Origin: Eledone cirrhosa
Lineage: Eukaryota
Assembly: GCA_964016885.1 (NCBI GenBank)
Contig: CAXHJY010000753.1
Location: 72,199 to 136,198 of the forward strand
Length of the DNA stretch: 64,000 bases
Direction: 5' to 3'
Part shown: piece by piece, positions 1-14,003 of the stretch
How positions within the stretch are numbered: position 1 is the stretch's first letter
Layout: each line of letters starts with the position of its first letter
Translations under genes and position numbers: made by a program
The notes under the pieces: generated by a model
Told to the model about the DNA's origin: nothing
The model's database searches: none
What the model saw: only the letters and a program-made list of their open reading frames with translations

Positions 1-699
1 TTGGGAGAGGAAATGGTATATATTTTATCTAGTGATTCTAAAGACATGTTTTATGATATATATATATATATATTTATGATATATATATATATATATATAT
101 GGTGGCTGCCAACTCGTTATCGAGTACGGCCACTACTTTATATCCATGTAGGAGAACCCCTACCGATGCGCTGAACGAGTGTGACTTTTTAGTCCAGCCA
201 GCGACTTGAAAACTCTGGTACAAACACTACACTTGTGACAATTATTGACACATAGTGCTGGGCCCATGGTACCATGTGACGATAAGAGCAGAGAGATCTC
301 CAAATATAAAGTAATGCCTGTGCCGTGAAGCTTTTATAGTGAGCAAAGGCACTGCACAAAGCCAGTCCCACTCTCTTAACCAAGATGATATTTACCAAAA
401 AGAAGAACAAGTCAACATCATTGGATACCATCAGAGTTGCAGGTGTTATAGCAGAGTCTTCCTTCTCCTAGAATTCTGCCTTGACAAAGGCTAAGGGGTC
501 ATATATATATAACTATATATATATAAACTTAATACGTAAATTTAAATTAATACAGAGGCTTACGACAGTTAACACACCACACATTCACAAAAATATAAAC
601 AACACAACAGTACGATATCAGTAATATAAACGAACACATTCGTTATATTCAGATAAAAGTGAATAATTATTAGCATACCTAATTATATTATAAATATAT

Positions 700-776
700 A
701 TCCTTACGGGTCGATAAAATAAAGTACCAGTAATGTACTGGGTAATTGCTGGCCTTGTGCCTAAAGTAGAAACAAT

Positions 777-779
<3 letters not shown>
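700..779 (+). mobile_element. 3' fragment of tRNA-derived SINE (family 1)
   Basis: TCCTTACGGGTCGATAAAATAAAGTACCAGTAATG...GGCCTTGTGCCTAAAGTAGAAACAATTAT matches the 3' part of the full copies at 39968 and 56058. Confidence 0.8.
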
Positions 780-781
<2 letters not shown>

Positions 782-858
<77 letters not shown>

Positions 859-884
859 TATATTTATATATACATATATATATT

Positions 885-972
<88 letters not shown>
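782..972. repeat. (TA)n microsatellite
   Basis: Direct reading; source of the poly-YI ORF 733..1050. Confidence 0.98.
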
Positions 973-977
<5 letters not shown>

Positions 978-1128
978 ATACTTTGGGAGGGTCATGTTGC
1001 CAATAAGAAACACACGCACCAGTTGCTTTCACTTCAATTTAATTTATTAAATATTTATAAATTTACAAATTTATAAATTTCTGGTTGGTTGGTTGGTTCC
1101 ACAACCAGATAGTTGTTTATATATATAT

Positions 1129-1173
1129 AGTCATAGTTCTTTCGTCACACACTCTGTGACCTCTTCAGTGACT
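1129..1173 (-). ncRNA. Minimal type I hammerhead ribozyme (family A)
   Basis: Reverse complement of the motif at 1292-1336. Confidence 0.8.
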
Positions 1174-1291
1174 GGGGATTTCTTTGTTCGTTTCTGTGCC
1201 TTTCCTTTCTTCTATCCTACGCCATTTGAAAATGGCGTAGGATAGAAGAATAGAAGAAAGGAAAGGCACAGAAACGAAGAAAGAAATCCCC

Positions 1292-1336
1292 AGTCACTGA
1301 AGAGGTCACAGAGTGTGTGACGAAAGAACTATGACT
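1292..1336 (+). ncRNA. Minimal type I hammerhead ribozyme (family A)
   Basis: AGTCA-CTGAAGA-g-GTCACA gagtg TGTGAC-GAAA-GaaC-TA-TGACT: stems I and II pair, 2-bp stem III, CUA site. Confidence 0.82.
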
Positions 1337-1549
1337 ATATATATATAAACAACTATCTGGTTGTGGAACCAACCAACCAACCAGAAATTTATAAATTTGT
1401 AAATTTATAAATATTTAATAAATTAAATTGAAGTGAAAGCAACTGGTGCGTGTGTTTCTTATTGGCAACATGACCCTCCCAAAGTATAACAATATCGGTT
1501 TCAACACACGATTTCAGATAAAGAATCTTGCTAAACAAATTCAGAAACG

Positions 1550-1621
<72 letters not shown>

Positions 1622-1741
1622 AAAATTAAGATAGATTAAAATAATTCAATCAGAATCGAAATTATGGGTGTCATTCTTTAACGGAATGCGCCATATCGCC
1701 CGGAAAATAAGTTCTAGGACTTTGTAAGTACGAGCATTTTA

Positions 1742-2073
1742 ATAACTAGGAATTGATCAACATATATATAAATAAATATAAACATGAAAAATCACGAAGT
1801 GTAAACATGGATCGCTTGATATTGTTCTTCCTTGTTGATAATCCAATAATATCCACTTTCCGTGACTTACCATCTGATTAATTGGTGAAATATATTTCTT
1901 TAATGAAATATATACAGGGAAGATTAATCATTAAAAGGTATATATTTTTGAAGTTCTAGTTAACTTTATTTATTTGTTACCTACTAGCCATGCGTGGTTA
2001 CACGCTTGTAAAAATTATCTCCTGTGATTTTTCATGTTTATATTTATTTATATATATGTTGATCAATTCCTAG

Positions 2074-2077
<4 letters not shown>
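1742..2077. repeat. ~55-bp inverted repeat pair
   Basis: ATAACTAGGAATTGATCAAC...CATGAAAAATCAC (1742-1796) is the reverse complement of ~2024-2077. Confidence 0.8.
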
Positions 2078-2110
<33 letters not shown>

Positions 2111-2206
2111 TATATAATTATATATATACATATATATATATATACATACATATATATATATATCAATGATATTAATTAATGGAAACTATATTTATAAAAC
2201 CATATT

Positions 2207-2276
2207 TATTCTATTATATATATTTCAAGAGTACCTAAATGACCAAAACTCTGGTACGCCCTCATCAGATAAAATA
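2207..2276 (-). ncRNA. Hammerhead ribozyme motif (family B)
   Basis: Minus strand TATTTTAT-CTGATGA-GGGCGTACC...GGTACTCTT-GAAA-TATATA-TA-ATAGAATA. Confidence 0.65.
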
Positions 2277-2686
2277 CAAACTTTGTTTTATAAATATTGA
2301 CATATCCATCAACGAGATCTTAACAGTTCAAGTTTTACCTGGACAGTAAAAGGAAAAAGGGGAAGAGAGGAAAAGAGAAATATTTCAAATCATTAAGATG
2401 AAAATGCAAGTGAAGTTGAGGTATAGGGCTGAAAATAACGTTATTTTTAGACGCTTGGTAGATTTAAATAATTATTAGGATATATATATGTATGTATAGG
2501 AAGAAGAAAGAGAAAGAACGAAAGAAAAGCTTGTATATACGTAAATACAAGCTTTTCTTTCTTTCTCTTTGTTTTTGAAATATTTGTTTTTTCTTCTCTT
2601 CCCCTATTTCCGTTTACTATCCAGGTAAAACTTGAACTGTTAAGATCTCGTTCCTGGATATGTCAATATTTATAAAACAAACTTTG

Positions 2687-2747
2687 TATTTTATCTGATG
2701 AGTGCGTGCCAAAGTTTTGGTACCCTTGAAATATATATAATAGAATA
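2687..2747 (+). ncRNA. Hammerhead ribozyme motif (family B)
   Basis: TATTTTAT-CTGATGA-GTGCGTGCCAAAGTTTTGGTACCCTT-GAAA-TATATA-TA-ATAGAATA. Confidence 0.65.
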
Positions 2748-2880
2748 AATATGGTTTTATAAATATAGTTTCCATTTATTAATATCATTGATATTATACT
2801 CCAGAAATATTGTCGAGTGCTTCAAATCAGTTATAAATATATATATTTGTTGAATTACCAACAAATCAAATATCCCTTTG

Positions 2881-2985
<105 letters not shown>

Positions 2986-3106
2986 TGGTAGCTATGATGC
3001 TTCCGTGGGCGGTATGCCAAAATTAGCACTCGATATTCATCAGAGTAGAGTGTATAAATTATCAAGAAAACGAAAAATCAGTGATGCATCTGGACTTGGT
3101 TTATTT

Positions 3107-3197
3107 CGTGTTACAAATGTTTCGCCGGCAGGTAGCTCGAGTCATGGTCCTTGTATGGATCTGGCTGATTCTACTTCTGCAGGTTCTTTCAGACACG
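3107..3197 (-). ncRNA. Hammerhead-like motif with long stem II (family C)
   Basis: Inverted copy of 9150-9240. Confidence 0.55.
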
Positions 3198-3874
3198 TCT
3201 GTTATGTCCGGAGCAAATTTTATCACTAGGGTGTTGTTATCAAAACAACCCCTCAAAAAACCTCCTTTCCCCTCTTGTCATGCCATTGGCTGTTTTTACT
3301 CCACGTCATCATAAGTTCTGGTCAGTATCTGCTGCCACACGGTTCATCAACTATCTTCCGTCCGACAATGGAGTCATGCTGTATTCAGTACCTCATGCGT
3401 CTCTCACACTTCAGAGTAAGCACCCACATATACTAGAATAAACACATAGTAACACACACATATATATACTCAGACATACACCTATCTACGCATTCACACC
3501 CGTACGTCTACATGCTCAGACACCCACACTGCCACATACATACATCGCAGTATATATACTCACACACCCTCTCTCCCCCTCACCCATGGGCCCAGTCACG
3601 CATACTTGTTGATACATGCCGCCACGAGCCTTCTGACTGTTCTGTATCAATTGGGTAAGCAAATCATATTCAAACGTACACATATATACATACCCGTGCG
3701 CGCACACACACATACGGCCAAACTTCTATACATTTAAATATATATATATATATATATACACACACGCTCATACACACGCTCATACACACGCATATATACA
3801 TACACACATACATTCACATACATACATATATACGCACATGTGCATACACAGATATACATACACACCTAGGATTT

Positions 3875-3935
3875 TTTCATTCTGATGACTGAAAGTAAAT
3901 ATCGTTTGCTTTCAAGAAAACACTGGTAAATTAAA
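3875..3935 (+). ncRNA. Degenerate hammerhead motif
   Basis: TTCATT-CTGATGA-c-TGAAAGTAAA tatcg TTTGCTTTCA-a-GAAA-ACACTGGTA-AATTAA; good stem II, mismatches elsewhere. Confidence 0.45.
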
Positions 3936-3967
3936 CAACTATCCTATGTTGCTCATTACATAACTAT

Positions 3968-6193
3968 TCTATTCTATTCTAAGGGGGGTAAAATTCCCGA
4001 GATCCATGGACGAGTTCTCTCCAGCGGTCTCTGTCCCTCATTATCGCTGCCATGTCCTGCATCTCCAGCAGACTAGTGTCTGTCCTTAGAGCATCAACAT
4101 ACGTTAACCTTGGTCTTCCTCTTCTAGTGTGTCCATGTAGGGGCTCCCAAAGGAGCACTGAGTGCAATGTCAACTCTGGATGTCGGTGAGCATGTCCAGC
4201 TAATCTCAGTCTCCTCTGTGTCACTTTTGAGCTGACTTTTGGGATGCTCCCATACAGCTCTGAGTTTTTCATCCTAAGTGTATACTAATTAATGTTCAGA
4301 GCCATCCTCAGCATTCTCGTGTAGCACCCATCCACCATCTGAGTGAGTTTCTTGGTCAGTGTCCAAGTCTCAGACCCATACAGCAGCACAGACTCCACTA
4401 CAGCAATGAAGAGGCGGATTTTCAGGTCTTTACGAAGGTCCGACTTCCACACCGATCTCAAGCTGTGGCACGCCGCCCAGGTTTGCTCTTCCTCTCAACC
4501 ACATCATCTTCCGTATTCCCAATCTTTGCTCCGAAATACAGGAAGCCCTCAACCAATTCTAGCGGCTTCCCGCCTACATTAATGATCCCCTCTGACTTCT
4601 CAACATTCTCTACCAGATATTTTGTTTTAGTCTCATTCATTCTCAGCCCCACACTCATCGACACAGTCTCAACCTCCCGCATCAAATCCTTTGCCTCCTT
4701 CACTGTATTTGTCACCAAAACTATGTCGTCGGCAAATTCAGCATCCGATACCTTTTTCGCCCTAACTCTCCTGCTCTGAGCCGGTGCTACAGTAAAGCCA
4801 GAGTCCTGGTGTTTCTCCAGTGCAAGGCGCATACAATAGTCCACTACGATGATAAAAAGGTAGGGAGCCAATGTATCTCCCTGGAGCACTCCAGCCAGTA
4901 TCTCAAAGAACTCTGTCATCCCATCAGGTGTAATGACTTGGGCTTTGGTGTTGGTGTAGAGCAGTGATATCAGGTCCACTATCTTCTTGGGGATTCTATA
5001 AGCCTGTAAGATCTTCATCAGGCAGTAACGGTCCACAGAATCAAAGGCCTTCCTAAAGTCAATGAAAACCATGACCGCAGGAAGGCACTTTGCTCTAGCT
5101 CCCTCTAATATCCTCCTCAGCATCAGGATGTGACTGGTGGTTGATCTTCCCTATCTGAAGGCGTTCTGGTTGTCCCTGAGCTTCTTCTCCATCTCAGGCT
5201 GGATCCTGTTAAGAATAATCCTGTTGAGGGTCTTTGCCACAAGTGACGTGAGTGAGATCCCCCCTGTAGTTGTTGGTGTTAGAGAGATCTCCCTTCTTTG
5301 GCACTGGGACGATGTTACTGATCCTCCACTGATTCGGGGCAACTTCTTTCTCCAGTGCCCGGTTACAGAACCCCAGGATGATATCATCAAAATCACACCT
5401 CTTCATCACCTCTGATGCCACTCCATCTTCTCCATGAGCCCTGCCCTCCTTGATCCTCTTCTTGGCTCTCTGAAGCTCCTCTCTGGTGAAGGGCTCTGTC
5501 TCAACATCCAGTTCCCCAAACAGCCGCCTGATCTCCCAAGTGCTCTGGGCTGTGGAGGGTGGCTCTCCTAGTAGGGTCCTAAAATGGTCTAGCCATTTCC
5601 TCTTCCTATCCTCGGGTCCCGTTCCCTGGATCTGACTCGAACACCTTCTCTTCCTCCCTGTGATCTCGTTGATGATCATCCAGCTCTCCTTACATCCAGA
5701 TCTGTCAACCGCTCTCTCCACACTTCTGATCTTCTCTATCAGTGCCTCCTCTCTGACCTCAGTGTAAGCGGTACAGAGTTCTTCCCTCATCACCTCCACA
5801 GTCTCCATCCTCTCCTCCGTAGGATCAGCATAGAATTGGTCCTTGGCAGCTTTCAGGTATTCTCTGGCTGCACACACTTTTCGGGTTGCAGAGCTGACGT
5901 GCTTCCTTTTGTTCTTTTTCCTCGGCACCAGGGTTTCACTTGCTTCCGCCACTGCATTGGTGAAGTGCCCGTACCTCCTCGTCACACTCTCCTCAGTCCA
6001 TCCAATCTCTCTCTCCTCTGACTCTCCACACAGAGCACTAAACCTGTTTCTCACTTCCACTGTGAACCTCTCCTGTAGCTTATCATCTGCCTTGAAAGCT
6101 CCCCAGTCATAGATTGCTCCCGGGGCCGAGCCTTGCTCTTTCTTAAGCTCACCCGGACCTCACTCATAACAAGCCGGTGGTCACTACCCAGTG
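3968..6193 (-). mobile_element. 5'-truncated RTE-clade LINE, ORF broken by frameshifts
   Basis: APE C-terminal GSDHRLV at the 5' break; RT motifs FIDFRKAFDSV, GVLQGDTLAPYLF, FADDI; RTE C-terminus RRLRLAGH..LLWEP..RGRP..DRDRW; (TAGAA)n tail right after the stop; TSD TACATAACTAT at 3957-3967 and 6194-6204. Confidence 0.93.
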
Positions 6194-6342
6194 TACATAA
6201 CTATATGCATATATATACATATATATAGACACACACATACATACATACACACACACATATATACACAAACGTAAACTCACACGTGTCCACACACACATAC
6301 GAACACATACGTACATAAACATTACCTACACACGTACCTACG

Positions 6343-6374
<32 letters not shown>

Positions 6375-6709
6375 GACATATACACAAGAGAAAAAGAAAA
6401 ACAAAAAAGGACAACTTAACACGCATATGCATATCCACCCATATACATAGAAATACCCACGCATAGGCCGAACTACATACATCTGCACATGCGTGCGCAT
6501 ACATGCTGCCGCATGCATACTCATGCACGCACGCACATCTGCCTACCCACACAGAAGTGCCACCACATATACATGTACATATATAAACACACCTGTAAGT
6601 GAACAGTTGAAAATACATTATGCAATAAAAAACAGTATAATAACATAAAAGTGTATAATAACATAAAAAAATATACAATGAAATATTAGATACAATGTGG
6701 TATATATAT

Positions 6710-6780
<71 letters not shown>

Positions 6781-8258
6781 GAAAAATTTGAACAGGGACA
6801 GAACAGAGAGGCAGTACAATAAATGTTTATTAAATTCACGCTCAGGAGAGTGGGGGGTAGGTGGATATATATATACACACATCCCCCTATTATACATATA
6901 TACACACACACATACACACACACATATATATACACATACATATATATATATATGTATATATATATAGATATATACACATATCCCCCTATTATACATATAT
7001 ACACACACACATACACATACGCACCTACGTATACATATATACACACACATACACAGACGCATACGCACACGCACACAGACTCATACGCACATATACGCAT
7101 ATATACGGGTATGCATACAGGGTATGTGATAAAATAATACAACATGAATAATAATAATATATAGTCCATTTATAAACATCCGCACGCATTCCCAAGAGAT
7201 GCACATAAACACATGTATGCACAAACACACACATATAGAGGCCCGTGAATGCATGCACCTGCACCCACACACACAACGACATATATACACCCATACACAT
7301 CCACACATATATACACACACTTACCCGCACGCACACACACACACACCTACTCATATGTGGCTATACGTACTTACTCACTCATACACATCTAGACATATAT
7401 ATACATATATACATATATACATATATATATCTATACACATATATGCTCACATATAGACACAAGTATACACACACACCCACACACACACATACACTCACAT
7501 TCTGCCACATATGTATATATATGTGCACATGTCTGCACGTACATGCGCGCATAAGCTCGTGCACCCACGCACCCATGCGCATACACACACCCCAATACCC
7601 ACCCACGCATACATATACCTACACATACATACGCATCTACACACACACACACAAGCACATATACCCACACACATGTGTGTCCACACATAAAAGGAACTCG
7701 TGAACATAAACACAATATGAATAAAATAAGATATGTAAATAGATTTACAATATTATAGGGTACATTAAGTCTGTATGTAACTGCATAAAGGTGCAGGGAA
7801 AGAAGGGGTAAAATAAAGGAACGGGAAAAAAACGGTGGGAGGGGGGTATATGAGAAGGTGCGTGTGTCCATGTGACGCACTACACACAGGCATTATGAGA
7901 TGCAGGCTCGTGTCCGTGTATACAACAGGTAACAGTAACAAAACAATGATATAGCAATATTAACAATCACATCCAAAGTAGAGTAGGTGTAGAGTATATA
8001 GTCACGATTGCCGGTGTACATATTCAATGTGACGCCCGCCACGGTCGCCATGGGGCATGGCACCGTGTCTGGGTTATGCTGTTCTAAACGTTTAATGCAC
8101 AGGTCCGGGCGGCAGTGGGCCCCATGTCAGCCAGTCCCGGCCCATGCAGTGCATCTTCCAATGTTGGGTGCCCGGTCACGTGCGCACCCGGTCTACATAT
8201 GATTGCCCCGCGGGTCGGACGTCGTCGTCATGGTATGTCGTCAGGTCCCTTAATCCCG

Positions 8259-9095
8259 CTAGGCAAATCGGGTCTGTACGTTCTCATTCTTGTGCCCCAT
8301 GGCTGCCTCACCCGGCGGATTCCATGCTGCAAAAGTGCATCTTCTCTGGTGTCTGCATGTCATGATAATTTCAGGCTTCAGGTTGACGGCGCCGTCCTTC
8401 AGTCTGACTATCTCCATGGCCTCATGTAGGCACAGTTGGCACTTTCTACTTCCGGCCGAATATGCACGCACGTGGCGAACGATACTCCATTCCAGGGCGT
8501 ATGGGGTGCCGTGGTCTTTCATGTCCCACACGAGGTCCGCTAACCTAGTGGAGTGCCTTTTGCTACGGTCCCTGAAGGAATTCGTGTGATTATACATCCG
8601 CGATTTAAAGGTCGTGAATGCTGCGCCTATATAGGTTCGATGCGCATTCTGTGTCGTAACCACACACTTGTATACTAGGTCCTTCATTAAGCATTTTCCC
8701 TGTAGGGGGCACTGGGTGCCCGCTCTACAGTTGCAAGTTCTGCCGTCAATTCTTGTGCGTCCGATGTCCGGGCCCTGATCTGTAATGGTCCTCTCAAGGT
8801 TCTCAGTGTGCTGCACCGCCGCCACACTTGCCCCAATGCCCCTATTTCCCGCCCGGTGTTGGACCATATCGCCCTAGACGGGCGCTCTGGTCGCCTCGGG
8901 GGCCGGGTTGTCATTTGAAGGCAGGTCCCTAGGTGGTTCTCCGCTCTCCGAATTATGGTCACTCTGTCGGCGCCGTTGACGGCCAGTGTGCGCCATCTTC
9001 ACCGCGTTAGTTCTAGCCATGTAGTCAGCCATATTCGGCGCCGTGGAGAATGAAAATTTCACCGTGTGGCGGTTGAAGATTTTGTGGTACATAAC
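8259..9095 (-). pseudogene. Penelope-like element C-terminal linker plus GIY-YIG endonuclease (5'-truncated)
   Basis: HKIFNRHTVKFSFST...CNC..CPL..CL..LVY..YIG..FKSR..H..WSI..CQLCLHE..CRH; in-frame TAG at 8874-8876 joins the two same-frame ORFs. Confidence 0.88.
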
Positions 9096-9149
9096 AGTCG
9101 TGTGGACATAACAGACGTGTGGACATAACAGACGTGTGGACATAACAGA

Positions 9150-9240
9150 CGTGTCTGAAAGAACTTGCAGAAGTAGAATCAGCCAGATCCATACAAGGAC
9201 AATGACTCGAGCTACCTGCCGGCGAAACATTTGTAACACG
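9150..9240 (+). ncRNA. Hammerhead-like motif with long stem II (family C) in the inverted cap of the PLE
   Basis: CGTGT-CTGAAAGA-[..GCAG-AAGTAG...CTAC-CTGC..]-GAAA-CAttTG-TA-ACACG; one extra core A. Confidence 0.58.
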
Positions 9241-9284
9241 AAATAAACCAAGTCCAGATGCATCACTGATTTTTCGTTTTCTTG

Positions 9285-9322
<38 letters not shown>

Positions 9323-9693
9323 AATTGATATGTGTGCATGTGTGCTTGCATGTGTGCTTGCATGTGTGTGTGTGGGGGGGAGTGCGCGTGTGTTTTGAGA
9401 AAGGGTGTTTTGACAAAGGTCTATATATGCATGTCCGGAATATGTTTGTTCTTTAACCCAATTCAGATTGTAGACTTGTTCCACTTTCGCTGCATTGTCT
9501 TAAATTGTTCCAAAAGATTAAATCAGTCAAATCTACAGATGTGTTTTTGTTTTGTTTTTTCTTGGGTGCTTCTTATTATCTGTAAATAACTAAAGAGTGT
9601 TTGGATGATTTAATAGTGTGGATAGTCTAGTTTCGTTGGCCTTTTTTCCCCACTCACCATATCCAGACACTACGCAACTCTTATTTGTGTTTG

Positions 9694-9750
<57 letters not shown>

Positions 9751-9753
<3 letters not shown>

Positions 9754-9877
9754 CAGAATTAGCCGTCGAAACGGCTTGAGCTCTGCCGTCGGGGTCATAC
9801 TTGTTCCTATTACCCACTCTACTAAGTACTTTGATGAGTTATGGTCCATCTGGTTCCTTACCACATTTCCTTCGTTA
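9751..9877 (+). mobile_element. Short PLE-type terminus with 3' half of a hammerhead (family H)
   Basis: GAAA-CGGC ttgagctct GCCG-TC-GGGG; other copies at 20856, 28900, 35332, 44543 and 49255; flanked by (TA)n. Confidence 0.7.
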
Positions 9878-10835
9878 TATATATATATATATAAAAAACT
9901 GCGGGAATTTATGTATATATATATATGTATGTATGTATATATTCAAATGTATCTGTATGATTAAATACAAGACTTTTAACAGCTATGGTTCAATAATAAT
10001 TTTGTTTCTATCATATCCAATCATGTAATACCGAAAACTAAAAATAGTAATTAAATTAATTTTCCGTGCCAGCGATAAGATGGAATTCACTAACATTATC
10101 AAATTAATTAATTTTCATTTCATGAAAAAAAAATAATACCATTCCTGACAAACTTTTTTTCAATAATCTAGAACACTCTTACAATATTCAAAATATTTTT
10201 AAATGTGAACCTATAGAATATTAATAAAAACATTGATAATAATATTATTAACAGAAAATTAATAATAATTCAGGCATTGCTCTTGGCGGAATCAATATGT
10301 TATCAGACATTGTACAAGAAGATATAAAACGAACTGTTTCATCATCGTCGACTGGGATTCGTTTGAATGATGTCTTACACATATAACAAATTTGATTTTA
10401 TATCAGGTCAACTACAATTTTAAATATTCCATCGGTGGCCATTGTATATAGATAGTTCACAATAAAAATATATATCATGTGAACTTAGTGCGCTTCCATG
10501 AAACTTCTATTTTCCTGTCTTATTTTGAGCATAAACGTTAAATGACGTGGTACAGTTGACTCTTCTTCATATATCATTTCAGATAAAAACCATTACAAAG
10601 ACATTTCACTCTCAATAGCTAAACTTACCGATTTAGCATTAATATATATATACATATATATGTTCATCATAAAACCATACACGGGTTTATGATGAATGAG
10701 TTGACAATATTTCGATAATATCTATGAAAAAGTATTTTTTTTAGAAAGATCTTCAAATAACGTTAGATACAGCTATTTATTATATAAATGCATGTGCATG
10801 TGTGAGCATGCATATATATATATATATATATATAC

Positions 10836-10866
<31 letters not shown>

Positions 10867-10923
10867 CATATACATATATAAATTTATGTATATATATATA
10901 TGAATATATATATATATGAATGA

Positions 10924-10982
<59 letters not shown>

Positions 10983-11027
10983 TGAAGAATGAAGAATAAC
11001 ATGGTCGGCTGTACATATATTTATATA

Positions 11028-11149
<122 letters not shown>

Positions 11150-11660
11150 CATATATATATATATTAACATACATATATATGTGTCTTTGTGTATGTGTCT
11201 TTGTGTGTATGTGTGTGTGTGTGTGTGTGCGTGTGATTGTATGTGTGTGATTGTAAATTTGTGTCTGTTTATACAATTTTATAGATATATCTGAATATAT
11301 TTTAGATATTTATTTCTCAAAAATATTTTTCAAAGTTAATGTCGCAATATTGTCAACCATTACAGTAAAATATTCCTAGGACTAGAACAAAATTAACAAG
11401 TATAAAATAAACAAAATTACAACCCCAATATCATAAAAAATAAATAAATTTGGCGAAGAACACTTAACGATATACTTATATTTCTATAATCCACATCGAT
11501 ATCATTTCTTAATTCTGACATTCAAACATACACATTAGACACAGCTACACATACAATAACACCAATATATATATATATGCGGACTACACTCAAACATACG
11601 TTCAAATATATATACATACGTATATATATGTGTATATATTATATACATATGTATGTATGA

Positions 11661-11753
<93 letters not shown>

Positions 11754-11755
11754 AA

Positions 11756-11807
<52 letters not shown>

Positions 11808-11984
11808 CATACATATATATATATATGTATGCGTGTGTATAGATATATATATACAATATATATATATATATATATATATACTATATATATATACAATATA
11901 TATATACAATATATATATATATAAATAAAATATATATATAGATATAGATATTTATAATATATACATACATTTATATATATATAT

Positions 11985-12060
<76 letters not shown>

Positions 12061-12336
12061 CATATATATATATAATATATATACATGCATAGAAATATAT
12101 ACCATACATAAATACATACAAATATATGCCATACATACATTAACATATTCAAAATTTAAGGAGATAAAGGGAAAACATTCCATTAGATTGGAAATTGATA
12201 TTTCGATAAAAATAAAATGAAACCAGTGTGAAGGGTAAGGAGGAAATACGACTGAAGTTTAAGGATTGTGATGATGAGTATGATAATGGTGATGATAATG
12301 ATGATGATGATGAGGAGGGGGTAAGAGGTGGAGGAG

Positions 12337-12754
<418 letters not shown>

Positions 12755-12864
12755 GAAGATGAGGACTGGGGGAGGAGGAGTGTTAATGATGTGGACCACA
12801 AGGACAACACTTCCGGTGCGTGAGGAGAAAGGAGACTGTATTATAGAAGAAAAGAAAAGGAAAA

Positions 12865-12904
<40 letters not shown>

Positions 12905-12942
12905 ACGTGAAAAAGAGGCAAAAGAAGAAGCAGAAGAAGGAA

Positions 12943-12943
<1 letters not shown>

Positions 12944-13002
<59 letters not shown>

Positions 13003-13058
13003 AAGAAGAAGAAGAAGAAGAAGAAGAAGAAGAAGAAGAAGAAGAAGACAACAACAAC
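12944..13058. repeat. (AAT)n followed by (GAA)n microsatellite
   Basis: Direct reading. Confidence 0.97.
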
Positions 13059-13771
13059 AAGACAAGGTAGTTAATATAGTGAAAAATAAGGGATGGATGA
13101 TTTAGAGTGACAAAAAATTATGATTAATGTTGGAAAACGAAAAAGAAATAATTCTTCTTTCATTGCATCTATATTTTTCAACTGTCTAATTTAGAAATTT
13201 CTGATACAAAATTTTGGATGAAAGACTTCTCTAAAACTGTGAAATATATTGACAGAAAATTCTCAATAATCCAACTTGATGAAGAAATTCTATGAAGTAA
13301 TTGGTTTTTAAGACAAAATTCCATTTTACTATTATCTTTTTACTTTCTCTCTCTCTCTCTCTCTTTTTTTTTCTTTCTCTTTCTCTCTCTCACTCTCCTC
13401 TTCTCTTTTTCTGTCTCTTTTTCTCTCTCTCATTCTCTCTTTTTCTTTCTCTTTCTTTCTCTCTCTACCTCTCTCTCTCACTCTCTCTTTTTATTTCTCT
13501 CTCTCCCTCTCTCTTTCTCTCTGTCTCCCTCTCTCTCCCTCTCTCTTTTTATCTCTCTCTCTCTCTCACTCTGTTTCTTTCTCTTTCTTTCTCTCTCTCT
13601 CAATCTAGCTATCTCTCTCTCTCTCAGCTTTGATTTAAGATCATGTAGAATGAAATGGTTAAAAAATGTGAAGTATATTTTTTTTAGTTGTAGCATCATC
13701 AGCATCGTAAACAATATTATCCTCATCATTATTAATATCATTACTGTTATTATATATTTTGAGTAGTAGTG

Positions 13772-13837
<66 letters not shown>

Positions 13838-13939
13838 ATGCTTACTCCATTTCAAAACATACAAACATAAAACATTTAAATATCAGAAAAGAAAAATCAT
13901 TTGAGGGTGTACATAAATCATCGATTTGCAAAATGAAAC

Positions 13940-13989
<50 letters not shown>

Positions 13990-14003
13990 CAACAACAATA
14001 ATG

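Larger units (their letters stand above)
973..1551. mobile_element. Palindromic HHR-bearing element (PLE-type inverted terminus), family A, in (TA)n
   Basis: Arms ~973-1227 and 1230-1495 are near-perfect reverse complements; unpaired extension 1496-1551; second copy at 35990-36654. Confidence 0.85.

Noticed and set aside
8874-8876. In-frame stop in the PLE ORF as possible recoding
   Set aside because: It is TAG, not TGA, in a truncated copy; a simple mutation is more likely
9620-9664. Hammerhead-like relic on the minus strand (GGATA..TGGTGA..GAAA-CTAG..TATCC)
   Set aside because: Several core positions are mutated; at best a dead copy
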